Shown here: positions 30,816 to 39,941 of the stretch, piece after piece | Numbering within the stretch: the first letter of the stretch is position 1 | Layout of the letters: each line of letters begins with the position of its first letter | From: a virus | Lineage: Duplodnaviria; Heunggongvirae; Uroviricota; Caudoviricetes | Strand: one strand, 5' to 3' | DNA: 64,000 nt | IMG/VR virus record: IMGVR_UViG_3300020451_002055 | Translations under genes and position numbers: made by a program | The notes under the pieces: generated by a model | Told to the model about the DNA's origin: nothing | Seen by the model: only the letters and a program-made list of their open reading frames with translations | Databases searched by the model: none

Positions 30816-31112
30816 ATGAGCATTCAGCGAACCCAAATTCCGACAGAACTCTGGTTGAAAGTTCTTGACGAAGTTCGGGATTTTTTGCAAAAGAAGCTCG
30901 AAGAACATGGCCGAGGTGCCTGCGTCTCCCTGCATGAGATTAGAGGACTGGTCGGCGAGGAATGGGACGAGTTCAAAACTTGCGTTCATCAGAACGATAC
31001 AGGTCATGCTAGAGAAGAGTTGTTGGACCTGATCGTCTCTGCCGTTTGGGGCATCGTTAGCATCGATGCTCAGGTTACAACTGACGATTGGGATTCAGGA
31101 GAAAACTCATGA
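30816..31112 (+). CDS. MazG-like all-alpha NTP pyrophosphatase
   Basis: EEWDEF ... EELLDL motif pair. Confidence 0.55.
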   Translation: MSIQRTQIPTELWLKVLDEVRDFLQKKLEEHGRGACVSLHEIRGLVGEEWDEFKTCVHQNDTGHAREELLDLIVSAVWGIVSIDAQVTTDDWDSGENS

Positions 31113-31423
31113 GCATGCAGACATTTGACGAAACGCTGCCCGAGATCATCAGCAGCGAAGGGGTTGTTCTGGTTGACTTTTTCGCCGATTGGTGTCAGCC
31201 CTGCAAAATGTTGATGCCGACGATCGAAGAGATCGCCAGCAACTACGAGGGCCGCGTTACTGTCGGCAAAGTCAATACGGAGGATCACGCAACGATCGCT
31301 ACTGACTACGGAGTCAATGCGCTTCCTACGCTGATCCTGTTCAAGGATGGCAAGGAAGTTGAGCGTCTCATCGGGTTGAAGAGCGCCGACGAGATCTCCG
31401 CGGCCATCGACGCTCAACTCTAA
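31109..31423 (+). CDS. trxA: thioredoxin
   Basis: VDFFADWCQPCK, ALPTL. Confidence 0.93.
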   Translation: MSMQTFDETLPEIISSEGVVLVDFFADWCQPCKMLMPTIEEIASNYEGRVTVGKVNTEDHATIATDYGVNALPTLILFKDGKEVERLIGLKSADEISAAIDAQL

Positions 31424-31441
31424 TACAAGGAACCAAGAGCA

Positions 31442-32128
31442 ATGGAATTCATCGTTTTTGGCGGCGTTATCTTCTGGATACTGACCGCCGGTCTTCTGAT
31501 CACCCTCTTTACCTCGATCCATCATGAACGAGGAACTTGGGCAACAGCGGGTCTTGTCGTCTACTTCGTCGTTCTCGCGATGTTCGGAGCGTTCGATCTC
31601 ACGGGCTTCATCGGTCGCAATCCGATTATGCTCTTGGTTATCCTCGGGTCGTACTTCTTATGCGGCATCGCATGGACTTTCATCAAATGGCATTTCTATG
31701 TCAGCGATGCCAAGCGGAAGTTCGACGACTACAAGGCCGAATGGCTTGAGGACAAGGGCATTACGAGCGGAACGGTGCCCGATGAGATGAAGGCTGCATG
31801 GACTGACGCCGCTCGTACTTATGCAAAAGAGCAGAAATACAACAACCATCGGGGCAACTACTTCAACCTGCATGATTCAGGCAGGAGCCGGAATCCGGCA
31901 ACTTCAATGTCAACGGGCACGATGATCATCGATGCCATCAAGCCCAAAGTCCGCTGGAACAAGAGCCGCATCATCTTCTGGTTGAGCTACTGGCCGTTCA
32001 GCTTCCTCTACACCATCTTCGCTGACGGAATTGCGGCTATCTGGAACTCGATCTACCACGGAATCGGTAAGCGACTGCAGGCGATCTCTGATCGCAAGTT
32101 CAAGGGCGCAGACGCCGATTTCGAGTAA
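31442..32128 (+). CDS. membrane protein
   Basis: Three N-terminal TM segments plus C-terminal hydrophobic stretch. Confidence 0.75.
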   Translation: MEFIVFGGVIFWILTAGLLITLFTSIHHERGTWATAGLVVYFVVLAMFGAFDLTGFIGRNPIMLLVILGSYFLCGIAWTFIKWHFYVSDAKRKFDDYKAEWLEDKGITSGTVPDEMKAAWTDAARTYAKEQKYNNHRGNYFNLHDSGRSRNPATSMSTGTMIIDAIKPKVRWNKSRIIFWLSYWPFSFLYTIFADGIAAIWNSIYHGIGKRLQAISDRKFKGADADFE

Positions 32129-32150
32129 ACAGCCTCTCTCTCTTTCCCAT

Positions 32151-32188
32151 AGATCGCCGGAGCCCGAAAAGCTTCGGCGATCTTTTTT
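32151..32188 (+). terminator. intrinsic terminator
   Basis: AGATCGCCGGAGC/GCTTCGGCGATCT hairpin + T run. Confidence 0.85.
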
Positions 32189-32212
32189 CGTGTATTGTTG
32201 GAGGAATAATCC

Positions 32213-32240
32213 TTGACTGTCGAGTATTTGGGTATACGCT
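32213..32240 (+). promoter_or_regulatory. sigma70-type promoter
   Basis: TTGACT-16 nt-TACGCT just after terminator. Confidence 0.55.
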
Positions 32241-32263
32241 TCGGCGACCAAAGGATTTTGACC

Positions 32264-32317
32264 ATGAACAGCTTCGGCTCCAACAAGTTCAGGCGAGAAG
32301 AACGTAGAGAACGCTAA
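32264..32317 (+). CDS. Glu/Arg-rich leader peptide MNSFGSNKFRREERRER
   Basis: AAGGA SD; last 8 codons AGG CGA GAA GAA CGT AGA GAA CGC; directly upstream of tRNA-Glu cluster. Confidence 0.65.
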   Translation: MNSFGSNKFRREERRER

Positions 32318-32381
32318 TCTTGCGCACTCCGTTCGTCCTTTGACACCCCTTTACAACTGAGTTCGCAAGATCGACCCTCCT

Positions 32382-32454
32382 GCCGCCATCGTCTAGTCGG
32401 GCAGGATAGCTGCCTCTCAAGCAGCAGACGAGGGTTCGATTCCCTCTGGCGGCA
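32382..32454 (+). tRNA. tRNA-Glu(CTC)
   Basis: GCCGCCA/TGGCGGC, GCTGC-CTCTCAA-GCAGC, GGTTCGATTCC. Confidence 0.92.
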
Positions 32455-32470
32455 CTTCAAAATCAGGTAC

Positions 32471-32542
32471 GGCCCCGTCTTCTAGTGGTCAGGAATCCGG
32501 ACTCTCACTCCGGCAACGGCGGTTCGAATCCGCTCGGGGTCA
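32471..32542 (+). tRNA. tRNA-Glu(CTC)
   Basis: GGCCCCG/CGGGGTC, CCGGA-CTCTCAC-TCCGG, GGTTCGAATCC. Confidence 0.92.
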
Positions 32543-32548
32543 TTCATA

Positions 32549-32623
32549 GGCGCTGTAGTTTCTGCTGGTAGAAACGCTGGTCTTTCAAGCCGGAGTCCGA
32601 GGGTTCGATCCCCTTCAGCGTCA
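32549..32623 (+). tRNA. tRNA-Glu(TTC)
   Basis: GGCGCTG/CAGCGTC, CTGGT-CTTTCAA-GCCGG, GGTTCGATCCC. Confidence 0.88.
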
Positions 32624-32663
32624 TTTGTAGGTGAAAGCTGTTTTGGGTATCTTGGCAAAGCAA

Positions 32664-33120
32664 ATGAAGACTTGTTCAAAATGCAAAGAAAGCAAACTTG
32701 AAGAATGCTTTGCTAAAAAGACCAAAGGTAAATTGCAGCCTTGGTGTAAGAACTGTAACAGGTCGTATCAAAAGAGCCATTACAAAGCAAATAAGCAGAA
32801 GAGAGTTTCTCAGGTAAATGAGTACAAGAAAGATCGAAGACTACAACTCAGGCAAAGACTTTATCAGTTCTTGCTTGAAAACCCATGCGTAGACTGCGGA
32901 GAAAATGATCCTGTCGTTCTTGAGTTTGACCATGTTCGAGGACAAAAAAACAAGCGACATAAGCTCCATGATCGGCCAATGCTCTTCATGGGACAGGATA
33001 CAAGATGAAATAGCGAAATGCGAAGTACGATGCGCCAATTGCCATCGAAAACAAACAGCAATACGTCAAGGCTGGAAAGTGCAATGGCAGCAAGCAGGAG
33101 AAGATTTCAATGTCAGATAG
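32664..33120 (+). pseudogene. HNH endonuclease frameshifted at A7 run (32944-32950)
   Basis: Frame 1 ends ...CVDCGENDPVVLEFDHVRGQK; next frame continues KTSDISSM...EIAKCEVRCANCHR. Confidence 0.8.
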
Positions 33121-33409
33121 TGAACAACAAGAGATTCGTCTGCATGGTCCTCATCCGGGCCTTCTCGGAGCCGCTGCTCCGATACCCGAGGAACTACGGC
33201 TTGCAGCCAATGAGCTTGATGGGAAGACCATGAAGCAGATTGATGCTTGGCATGCTCTCAACCGGGTGGCAGTTGAGCTACCGGGTGTCGAACTCAAAGA
33301 ACGCAACTCTTGTTTCCTCGCGACGCTTATGAGTGACGGTCGTCCTGTTCATTGTTGGAGAGTTATCAGTTTCGAGCCAACCGAAGTCGCAGGTGGCAAC
33401 AGCGAGTGA
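33110..33409 (+). CDS. hypothetical protein
   Basis: AGGAG SD. Confidence 0.6.
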   Translation: MSDSEQQEIRLHGPHPGLLGAAAPIPEELRLAANELDGKTMKQIDAWHALNRVAVELPGVELKERNSCFLATLMSDGRPVHCWRVISFEPTEVAGGNSE

Positions 33410-33444
33410 TATACTGAGGCTGTCGTAAAGGGCAGCCGTTTGAA

Positions 33445-33519
33445 GGCCCTATCGTCTAGTCAGGTCTAGGACTCCAGGTTTTCATCCTGGCAACCGGGGT
33501 TCAAATCCCCGTAGGGTCA
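33445..33519 (+). tRNA. tRNA-Glu(TTC)
   Basis: GGCCCTA/TAGGGTC, CCAGG-TTTTCAT-CCTGG, GGTTCAAATCC. Confidence 0.92.
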
Positions 33520-33723
33520 TTGGAGATTGAAGATGACAACGCAAGCAGAGCATCCCGAACAGATCGTCAGCCGTACCGAACTCGTCGAGATCCTGATTCG
33601 AGAGAACGGATGCGCCGAGGACGATGCTCAGACGCAAGCAAGCCTCGCCGGTCCCACCGGCCTCATCGTCAAGGGAACTCGCTACATCGTCGGCAAGGGC
33701 GAAGACGACTAAGGAGAGGCTTT

Positions 33724-34494
33724 ATGACCGCTGAAACCAAGCGAAAGACGACCTTCATTAGCGAAGGGCCGGATTGGGTCGAAATCGACTCAGACAATAA
33801 TGAGATCAGCCGAGTTCGTAAGCCGACGTTTGAAACAGGCCATGTCATCAAGCCATTCGCCATCTACGGCGGCTACATTCTGAGGGAAATCGCCGGGCAC
33901 GCCGAAGGAACTCGGGTTGGAATCATGACGGTTCCCGGCGGCAAGCTCTACATTCTCAAAGATGGAGAGCAGATTCATCTCGATGCAAAGGCAGGAGAAG
34001 ACTTTGACTTCGATGTGCCGATCAGTGTCATCGAAGAAGCTCCTGATCGAGACGACGATGATCTTCAGATCGATGATCGAGAACGAGTCGCTGACATGCT
34101 CAAGCAGGTCGAAGACGCCGAAGCTGCGATGGAAGAGCATGCCATCGTCGGGGCTGATCTGATCGCGGAAATGATCGCTGCAGAACAGATCAATATGAAG
34201 CCTGAGAATGCTCGGGTTGAAATCTTTCACGGCAACGGAACTCACTCGGACGATGGTTGCCTTATCATCTACGATGATTCAAAAGTTCTGAAGTACGAAA
34301 AGGTCAACATCAAGAAAATGGTCGAGTCTGGTCAGATGCCAGGCTTCATTGTTAAACCTGATCAAGCCGTTCAACTTCTCTTTCTTGCATTGCAAGCGAG
34401 AGAGGCTTTGATGATGCCGAAAGCTTCGATGCAGTTGAGGCTGGGCGTTGCTCATGATCTCTTCAATATCCTCGAAGAAATCGGGATCATCTAA
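33724..34494 (+). CDS. hypothetical protein
   Basis: AAGGAGAGG SD before ATG 33724. Confidence 0.75.
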   Translation: MTAETKRKTTFISEGPDWVEIDSDNNEISRVRKPTFETGHVIKPFAIYGGYILREIAGHAEGTRVGIMTVPGGKLYILKDGEQIHLDAKAGEDFDFDVPISVIEEAPDRDDDDLQIDDRERVADMLKQVEDAEAAMEEHAIVGADLIAEMIAAEQINMKPENARVEIFHGNGTHSDDGCLIIYDDSKVLKYEKVNIKKMVESGQMPGFIVKPDQAVQLLFLALQAREALMMPKASMQLRLGVAHDLFNILEEIGII

Positions 34495-34719
34495 TGATCA
34501 GCGAACTACACGATGAGGCGCATCTGATTGCAGATTGCCGAAACGATGATGTGATTGTTGCAGCGCATGCTTTGGCAGAAAGGACAAAAGAATCACGGGT
34601 CTTGCAAGAAATGGTCAAGTTGCATCAGGAAATCAAGACTCAGAACGCAGCAGATGAGAATGGCGGTGTCAACATGATCATCAATACAGATGAATATGCA
34701 TACGCCATCATTGGATAAT

Positions 34720-34793
34720 GCTCTCGTAGCTCAGTTGGATAGAGCATCGGTTTCCTAAACCGAAGGTCGTTGGTTCGAGCCCAACCGGGAGTG
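34720..34793 (+). tRNA. tRNA-Arg(CCT)
   Basis: GCTCTCG/CGGGAGT, TCGGT-TTCCTAA-ACCGA, GGTTCGAGCCC. Confidence 0.92.
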
Positions 34794-34797
34794 CTTT

Positions 34798-35118
34798 ATG
34801 AGTACGAATCTTTCAGACATGACGCCTGCCGAGCTTGATGCTGAGATCGGAAAGCTTGAAGCTCAGATTGAACACATCAAGCAGGTCAAATCTGAAGTTG
34901 AAAGTCTGACGCCTGCGCAGCAGCTTGCAACTGCTTTGCATAAGAGGCAATGCCGCCATAACCATACAGACGGTTGCGGATGGTATTACGAGAAGTGGAC
35001 TGACTGCCAAGGGAAATACTCATCAAAGAGAACCTGGGTCGAGAGAGCAGAAAAACTGCTCGCGACCGGTAAGTCAATGGAAGAGCTTATCGAGATCGCG
35101 GACCTGATGAGAGGATAG
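34798..35118 (+). CDS. hypothetical protein
   Basis: Coiled-coil N-terminus, H..C..H...C.W motif. Confidence 0.7.
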   Translation: MSTNLSDMTPAELDAEIGKLEAQIEHIKQVKSEVESLTPAQQLATALHKRQCRHNHTDGCGWYYEKWTDCQGKYSSKRTWVERAEKLLATGKSMEELIEIADLMRG

Positions 35119-36151
35119 GAGCAAAACCGACCCCTGATCCATTATAGTAACGGGTAGCAATCGATTGCTTGATTGGCAGCGGAACCTTCCGGCCAATCTG
35201 GCCGATAGCCGCCTGCACATCAATGATGCCGTTTCCGTATTTGGCATCTTTACCCGCATCACCTAGATCAATGGAGGTCTTTCTAAGATGCTCTCGAACG
35301 TCCTCGACCGTGTTGACCGGAGTTCTACCGCCGAACTTTCTATGCTTGGCAATCATCAGGGCAACAATACCCGTTATCCAAGGAGTCGCAAACGAGGTGC
35401 CCGACGATCGGCGGTATTCGCTGCCCGGAAACGTACTGCGAACGTCAACGCCGGGGGCGACGAAATCGAGGTTAGGGCCAGTGTTGCTGAAGTCTGCTTT
35501 CAGGACATCCCTATCGACAGCCCCTACCGCAATGGTCTCCCTGTAAGCAGCAGGCCAAACGACATCGCTATGCTCGTCGAGGCCGAAATTGCCCGCTGCG
35601 CAGATCATCGGGATGTCAGCTTCGTAAGCCCGGCGTACCGCATCGGTCAGCCAGGTATTGTTCGCGCTCATGTAGATCGAGAAGTTGATGATATCGACGC
35701 CATCGTCGATGGCCTGATGGATTCCATTCAGGATATCGTCGTAGCTTCCGCCTGCTTCGGCGTTGAGGCAACGGTAGGGTCTGACTTGAGCCTTCGGTGC
35801 AACTCCATGTACGCCGTGGCCGTTGCGTTTGGCACAGATGATGCCGGTAACGAACGTTCCGTGGCCGTGTTCATCCGACATCGGACTATCCGGGTTCACA
35901 AAAGCCTTACCCGGAAGAAGATTACCCGTCAAGTCAACATGATTGATGTCGCAACCGGAGTCGATGACTCCGACGACAACGCCCTCTCCTTCGGTCTGAT
36001 GCCAGACAGAAGGGACATGGTAGTTAGCGATCTGGTATGCGCTCTCGTTCTCCCAAGAACGAGGGTCCACGATGTCATCTGCTCCCGCAGCTTTGGCCGA
36101 GTAGTTCATGCCCTTCTTTTCTGTCTCAAGTACCTCCTTTCCTCCATGCAT
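35087..36151 (-). CDS. S8 (subtilisin-like) serine peptidase
   Basis: VIDSG, HGHGT, AAGN, SGTSFATP catalytic motifs. Confidence 0.93.
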   Translation of the reverse strand: MHGGKEVLETEKKGMNYSAKAAGADDIVDPRSWENESAYQIANYHVPSVWHQTEGEGVVVGVIDSGCDINHVDLTGNLLPGKAFVNPDSPMSDEHGHGTFVTGIICAKRNGHGVHGVAPKAQVRPYRCLNAEAGGSYDDILNGIHQAIDDGVDIINFSIYMSANNTWLTDAVRRAYEADIPMICAAGNFGLDEHSDVVWPAAYRETIAVGAVDRDVLKADFSNTGPNLDFVAPGVDVRSTFPGSEYRRSSGTSFATPWITGIVALMIAKHRKFGGRTPVNTVEDVREHLRKTSIDLGDAGKDAKYGNGIIDVQAAIGQIGRKVPLPIKQSIATRYYNGSGVGFAPILSSGPRSR

Positions 36152-36329
36152 TCCGCAAAGCGAGTGAAAGACGACGGCGATAGCATGGCAACATGGAACG
36201 ACTCGTCTTCTTCATCGGACTCACTCTGTTCATTCTCGGAATCGCCGGATGCAGCTTCCATGAGGGCAACACCGAGCCTATGGGGTGGGCTGCTTTCATC
36301 GGTTTTTTGATGATGAGCGGCGATATTAG

Positions 36330-36953
36330 TTGGAACTCAAGCAGAGAATCCAAAGGAAACTGACCGTGCCTTGGCGATACTGGAAACCGGAACTCAACTG
36401 CGATAAGACCTTGCAAGAGGTTCTTGATACCATGCCTAGGGATCCTGCGAACAAGATTCCTTGGCAGGTCAAGATGTTTGAGAATCCCGGCAGTCCTCTC
36501 GCCATTCCGGGTGCGATCGATCTCTTCGGGCACGACTGCCTTCATGCCCTTCTCTGCACTTCGTTCTATACGCAATGCGAAGCTTGGACCATCGGCTTTA
36601 CGATGGGAACCTGCGACGGACTGAAAGACTGGCACATCAATCTCCTCAAGCTCTGGTCTCGCTCCTATCCGGGCGAATACCGTCTTGGAGGAGATGACCT
36701 TCATCACCTTGATGAGGGCATTGCATTCGGCAGGCGAGCAGCGCGTCATGAGTCTCGTTGCCGCAACATCAATCAGTTCAATTTCCGCGATCCAAAAATC
36801 CTCGCTATGAAGATGAGCGATCTGCGAGAGATGTTCGGTCTCGACTGGATTGATGAAGATCACGAGTATCAGGATTGGGCGTTGAAGCGATGGTCGGACA
36901 AACCGCTGATGAGCAGATGTCCGTATGAAGACGGCGTTCTTGAAAAGGCGTAA
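36330..36953 (+). CDS. hypothetical metal-binding protein (HDxxH...E, Coq4-like)
   Basis: HDCLHALL...EAWTIGF. Confidence 0.55.
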   Translation: MELKQRIQRKLTVPWRYWKPELNCDKTLQEVLDTMPRDPANKIPWQVKMFENPGSPLAIPGAIDLFGHDCLHALLCTSFYTQCEAWTIGFTMGTCDGLKDWHINLLKLWSRSYPGEYRLGGDDLHHLDEGIAFGRRAARHESRCRNINQFNFRDPKILAMKMSDLREMFGLDWIDEDHEYQDWALKRWSDKPLMSRCPYEDGVLEKA

Positions 36954-36955
36954 AG

Positions 36956-37384
36956 ATGGGCGTTACCTACACGGCGTACATGGCGATCGGTCTGCGTCTC
37001 GATGGCGAAAGACTGTACGAAGACAAGCTGGTCAAGCGCGGCGAGCATGACTTCGATTCATCGGTTCTCTTTCATCCTCAGACAGGAGAGAAGCTTTGGG
37101 CTTCCGAGAGGTTTCCTCTCGATGGCTCTGAGTATATCGATGATACCTTCGGTCCGTTCGAATATGCAGGAGAAGATAGCTGCGAACGAAGCGATTGGAA
37201 GGCCGTTGTCGGTAGGGTCTTGACAAAAGAGACCGCCTACTACGACGAGAAGCAGAAAGCTCCGATCGACCTGAACGAGATCGATTTGAACAATCTCAAG
37301 AGCGAACTCCGCGATTACTTTGAGCCCCTTGGACTGTGGGACGAATCGCAGTTCGGAGCTTGGCTCATCATGAGAGTTTGCTGA
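36956..37384 (+). CDS. hypothetical protein
   Basis: Packed ORF. Confidence 0.7.
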   Translation: MGVTYTAYMAIGLRLDGERLYEDKLVKRGEHDFDSSVLFHPQTGEKLWASERFPLDGSEYIDDTFGPFEYAGEDSCERSDWKAVVGRVLTKETAYYDEKQKAPIDLNEIDLNNLKSELRDYFEPLGLWDESQFGAWLIMRVC

Positions 37385-37441
37385 ATGTAAGTTGCTGGTG
37401 TCAACGGCATCGCTTATATTCTCATCAGAGGAAAATCATCT

Positions 37442-37882
37442 ATGACAGCAGTTCTTACGCCATCCTCAACCCGCGTCGTCGAAGGCCTCTTTACCGAGGC
37501 ATCTTCCGAGGCGGACCTCAACATGGGTCGCATCATCAGCGATGCGTTCCGTATGTCTGGCGTTTACTGCCCCGACTGCGATTACCCGCAAAACGCAGAA
37601 GAGTATGAGCGTTTGCTCATCCGGTACATTCCGGCTTGCATTCATGCCCATCGAGCAAAAATCCGTTACGAGCATTACGGATACAGGTTCATGAGCTTCA
37701 GCAACAAAACAGAACACGAAGCTTACCTCGAAATGGTTCGAGCAGATCAAATTATGCATGACATCAGGCGAGAGATGAAACCTTTCGCTCCCTGTAGTCA
37801 TTGTCGAGTTCGCTTCAACCCAACGTCGAGGTTGAGGCATGGTCCCCAGAGGTTTCCCTCTATCAAGGAGTTCATGGAATGA
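37442..37882 (+). CDS. hypothetical protein
   Basis: Two CxxC motifs, GAGG SD. Confidence 0.65.
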   Translation: MTAVLTPSSTRVVEGLFTEASSEADLNMGRIISDAFRMSGVYCPDCDYPQNAEEYERLLIRYIPACIHAHRAKIRYEHYGYRFMSFSNKTEHEAYLEMVRADQIMHDIRREMKPFAPCSHCRVRFNPTSRLRHGPQRFPSIKEFME

Positions 37883-38304
37883 GCGACGAAGGTACTACGA
37901 CCGCCCCAACTCTGCCGCACGCGGTGCAGATTCGAGCGGATGTCAAGAAACGAGTCAGCGATGACTGCAAGAGCGGAGTAGTTCGCGATCGCATCGTCAA
38001 CCAACTCGCCGAGGAAGAGATCGACAAGCGCACGAAGGCGCTTGCCGCTGCTCTGACGAAGCGCGATGAGATCCAGCGCGATATCGACAAGATCACGAAG
38101 AACCCGGGTCAGAAGACCTTCACCATCGCTACGGATGGCTCCGGCAAGGTTGACCTCAAGAAGCCGGATACGGCCACCTTCGACGAGAGCCAGGCCAAGG
38201 AGTACAACCAGCTTCTTGACCGTCTCGAAAAGGTGGACAAGGCGATCGAGATGGCGATGAACCCGGACAACCCGGACTTCACCAAGCTCAAAGACCTGAA
38301 GTAA
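37879..38304 (+). CDS. hypothetical coiled-coil protein
   Basis: AAGGAG SD, biased codon usage. Confidence 0.7.
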   Translation: MSDEGTTTAPTLPHAVQIRADVKKRVSDDCKSGVVRDRIVNQLAEEEIDKRTKALAAALTKRDEIQRDIDKITKNPGQKTFTIATDGSGKVDLKKPDTATFDESQAKEYNQLLDRLEKVDKAIEMAMNPDNPDFTKLKDLK

Positions 38305-38327
38305 CTCCATTCCCGTTCTCAGGTCTC

Positions 38328-38350
38328 CCGCCCAACGTAGGGCGGTTTTT
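38328..38350 (+). terminator. intrinsic terminator
   Basis: CCGCCC/GGGCGG hairpin + TTTTT. Confidence 0.65.
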
Positions 38351-38377
38351 GTTCCGGTAGCTCAACTGGATAGAGCA
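38351..38377 (+). pseudogene. 5' half of an interrupted tRNA-Arg
   Basis: GTTCCGG-TA-GCTC AACTGGATA GAGC-A; acceptor strand pairs with CCGGAGC at 38910-38916. Confidence 0.75.
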
Positions 38378-38385
38378 GGAGCAGT

Positions 38386-38459
38386 AGGGCGGTAGCTTAA
38401 TTGGATAAAGCAACGGTCTTCTAAACCGTCGAGTGCGGGTTCGAGTCCCGCCCGCCCTG
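38386..38459 (+). tRNA. tRNA-Arg(TCT)
   Basis: AGGGCGG/CCGCCCT, ACGGT-CTTCTAA-ACCGT, GGTTCGAGTCC. Confidence 0.92.
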
Positions 38460-38519
38460 TTCAGTAGATTAGAAGGAGTTATTCTAATCTGTCCGTATTC
38501 ATAGTCAGGAGGTCTGACT

Positions 38520-38882
38520 ATGGATACCAAGCATTGCCCGAAGTGTGATACCGAAAAGAGTCTCGAAGAGTTCTACAAGAAAGGAGCAGATCGCTACCAG
38601 CCTTATTGCAAGTCTTGTTTCAACCAATATTGCCAAGATCGATGGAGAAGGCGAAAGGTTGAAGCAATCAAAGCAAAGGGAGGCAGGTGTAGTAAATGCG
38701 GATACGATAAAAACTACGCTGCTCTTGAGTTCCATCACCGAGACGATGAAGATAAAGAGATGGATTGGAGCAAGGCGAGATTAGCTTCGGAAAAGAGGAT
38801 GCTTGCGGAGCTTGACAAATGCGACTTGGTTTGTCGTAACTGTCATGCAGAACTTCATAACCCTCAAGGTATGAACTTCTAA
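38520..38882 (+). CDS. HNH endonuclease
   Basis: CPKC..CKSC, KGGRCSKCGY, ALEFHH, LDKCDLVCRNCHAELH; AGGAGG SD. Confidence 0.9.
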   Translation: MDTKHCPKCDTEKSLEEFYKKGADRYQPYCKSCFNQYCQDRWRRRKVEAIKAKGGRCSKCGYDKNYAALEFHHRDDEDKEMDWSKARLASEKRMLAELDKCDLVCRNCHAELHNPQGMNF

Positions 38883-38917
38883 ACCGTAGGTTGTGGGTTC
38901 GAGTCCCACCCGGAGCG
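38876..38917 (+). pseudogene. 3' half of interrupted tRNA-Arg(TCT)
   Basis: CTTCTAA-ACCGT-AGGTT-GTGGG TTCGAGT CCCAC-CCGGAGC-G. Confidence 0.8.
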
Positions 38918-38976
38918 TTAGGTGGCATGTACTCTACAGCGGAGACTTAGGTTCGTGGGCAAGATCGGAGCCAACA

Positions 38977-39540
38977 GTGGATGCTCAGATGTTCAAAGGC
39001 ATTCTTGCTGACATCAAGGACGACGACCGATACAGACATGGGATCAGATTTCGAGCTAAAGGGCGGCGCAAACAATCCTCCATCAGCAACCACATTGCTG
39101 AGCTTGAAGCCAACCTGAATCAGCTCTCGGCGCGTCGGGGAATTTCGGAATATGAGTATTGGGCTCTTATGCTGCTCATTCATACTCATGATACGATGAA
39201 AATGCATGCTGTTCCGCATGCTAAGATCAGAGACAGATTCAGTCATTCTTCTCTCGCCCGCGACTTCGCTTCTGATTACTGCAGAGATGAAGACCTCTTG
39301 CAGATGATTCAGCAACATGAAGTCCCGTTCTCAATTTACAGGAAAGAACGCAAGGGCGAAGATGTCTCAGAAAAGCTTGACGAACTGTTCGGGTCAGTTC
39401 GGAACTGGCGTCTTTTCCTGATGTTCATCATCATTGATAACTGTATTTCAGGTAGTTCAAGACGACCTGTTTACTGGATTATCGAACAAGCGAACAAGAG
39501 ATTTGCTACGGGCATCGATGAGGATTGGGTTATTGACTAG
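38977..39540 (+). CDS. HD-domain-like protein
   Basis: H...IHTHDT..HS...IQQHE...D pattern. Confidence 0.6.
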   Translation: MDAQMFKGILADIKDDDRYRHGIRFRAKGRRKQSSISNHIAELEANLNQLSARRGISEYEYWALMLLIHTHDTMKMHAVPHAKIRDRFSHSSLARDFASDYCRDEDLLQMIQQHEVPFSIYRKERKGEDVSEKLDELFGSVRNWRLFLMFIIIDNCISGSSRRPVYWIIEQANKRFATGIDEDWVID

Positions 39541-39575
39541 AAGCAGGTGGCGTAGCTTTCTGCGATAATGGACTC

Positions 39576-39941
39576 ATGAGACTTCTTGCCTCCATACTGA
39601 TTGCCGCATGCTTGCTTCTCTCTGGCTGCAGCGATCCTGTCAAAGACCTTGGTCATTCGTATAGATACTCCATCTCAGAGGCCTTCATCGTCGTCGAGGT
39701 CTACCATGACGAAGAAACGATTGGTCAGGAGTATGCTCTGGCGGTCTACAATATTACTTCGATCAAGGATTATGAAACCTACCAGGAGACTCCCTTTGTA
39801 GTCGTCAAGACCGCAGACGGGGAGTCGTTTTATCTGTACGACATCACCATGCGCGAGTTTTTGGCCCTGTCTGGCGAGGCAATGGGGCCATGGATGCTCG
39901 ATTTTCCTGCCTCGTCAGTACCTCAAAGGAGTAGTCCATGA
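39576..39941 (+). CDS. putative lipoprotein
   Basis: Lipobox LLSGC after signal peptide. Confidence 0.7.
   Translation: MRLLASILIAACLLLSGCSDPVKDLGHSYRYSISEAFIVVEVYHDEETIGQEYALAVYNITSIKDYETYQETPFVVVKTADGESFYLYDITMREFLALSGEAMGPWMLDFPASSVPQRSSP

Noticed and set aside
35288-36310. 340-aa + strand ORF
   Set aside because: Antisense shadow of the S8 peptidase.
38386-38459. Amber suppressor tRNA (CTA visible in loop)
   Set aside because: The 7-nt loop CT-TCT-AA centres on TCT, so it is Arg.
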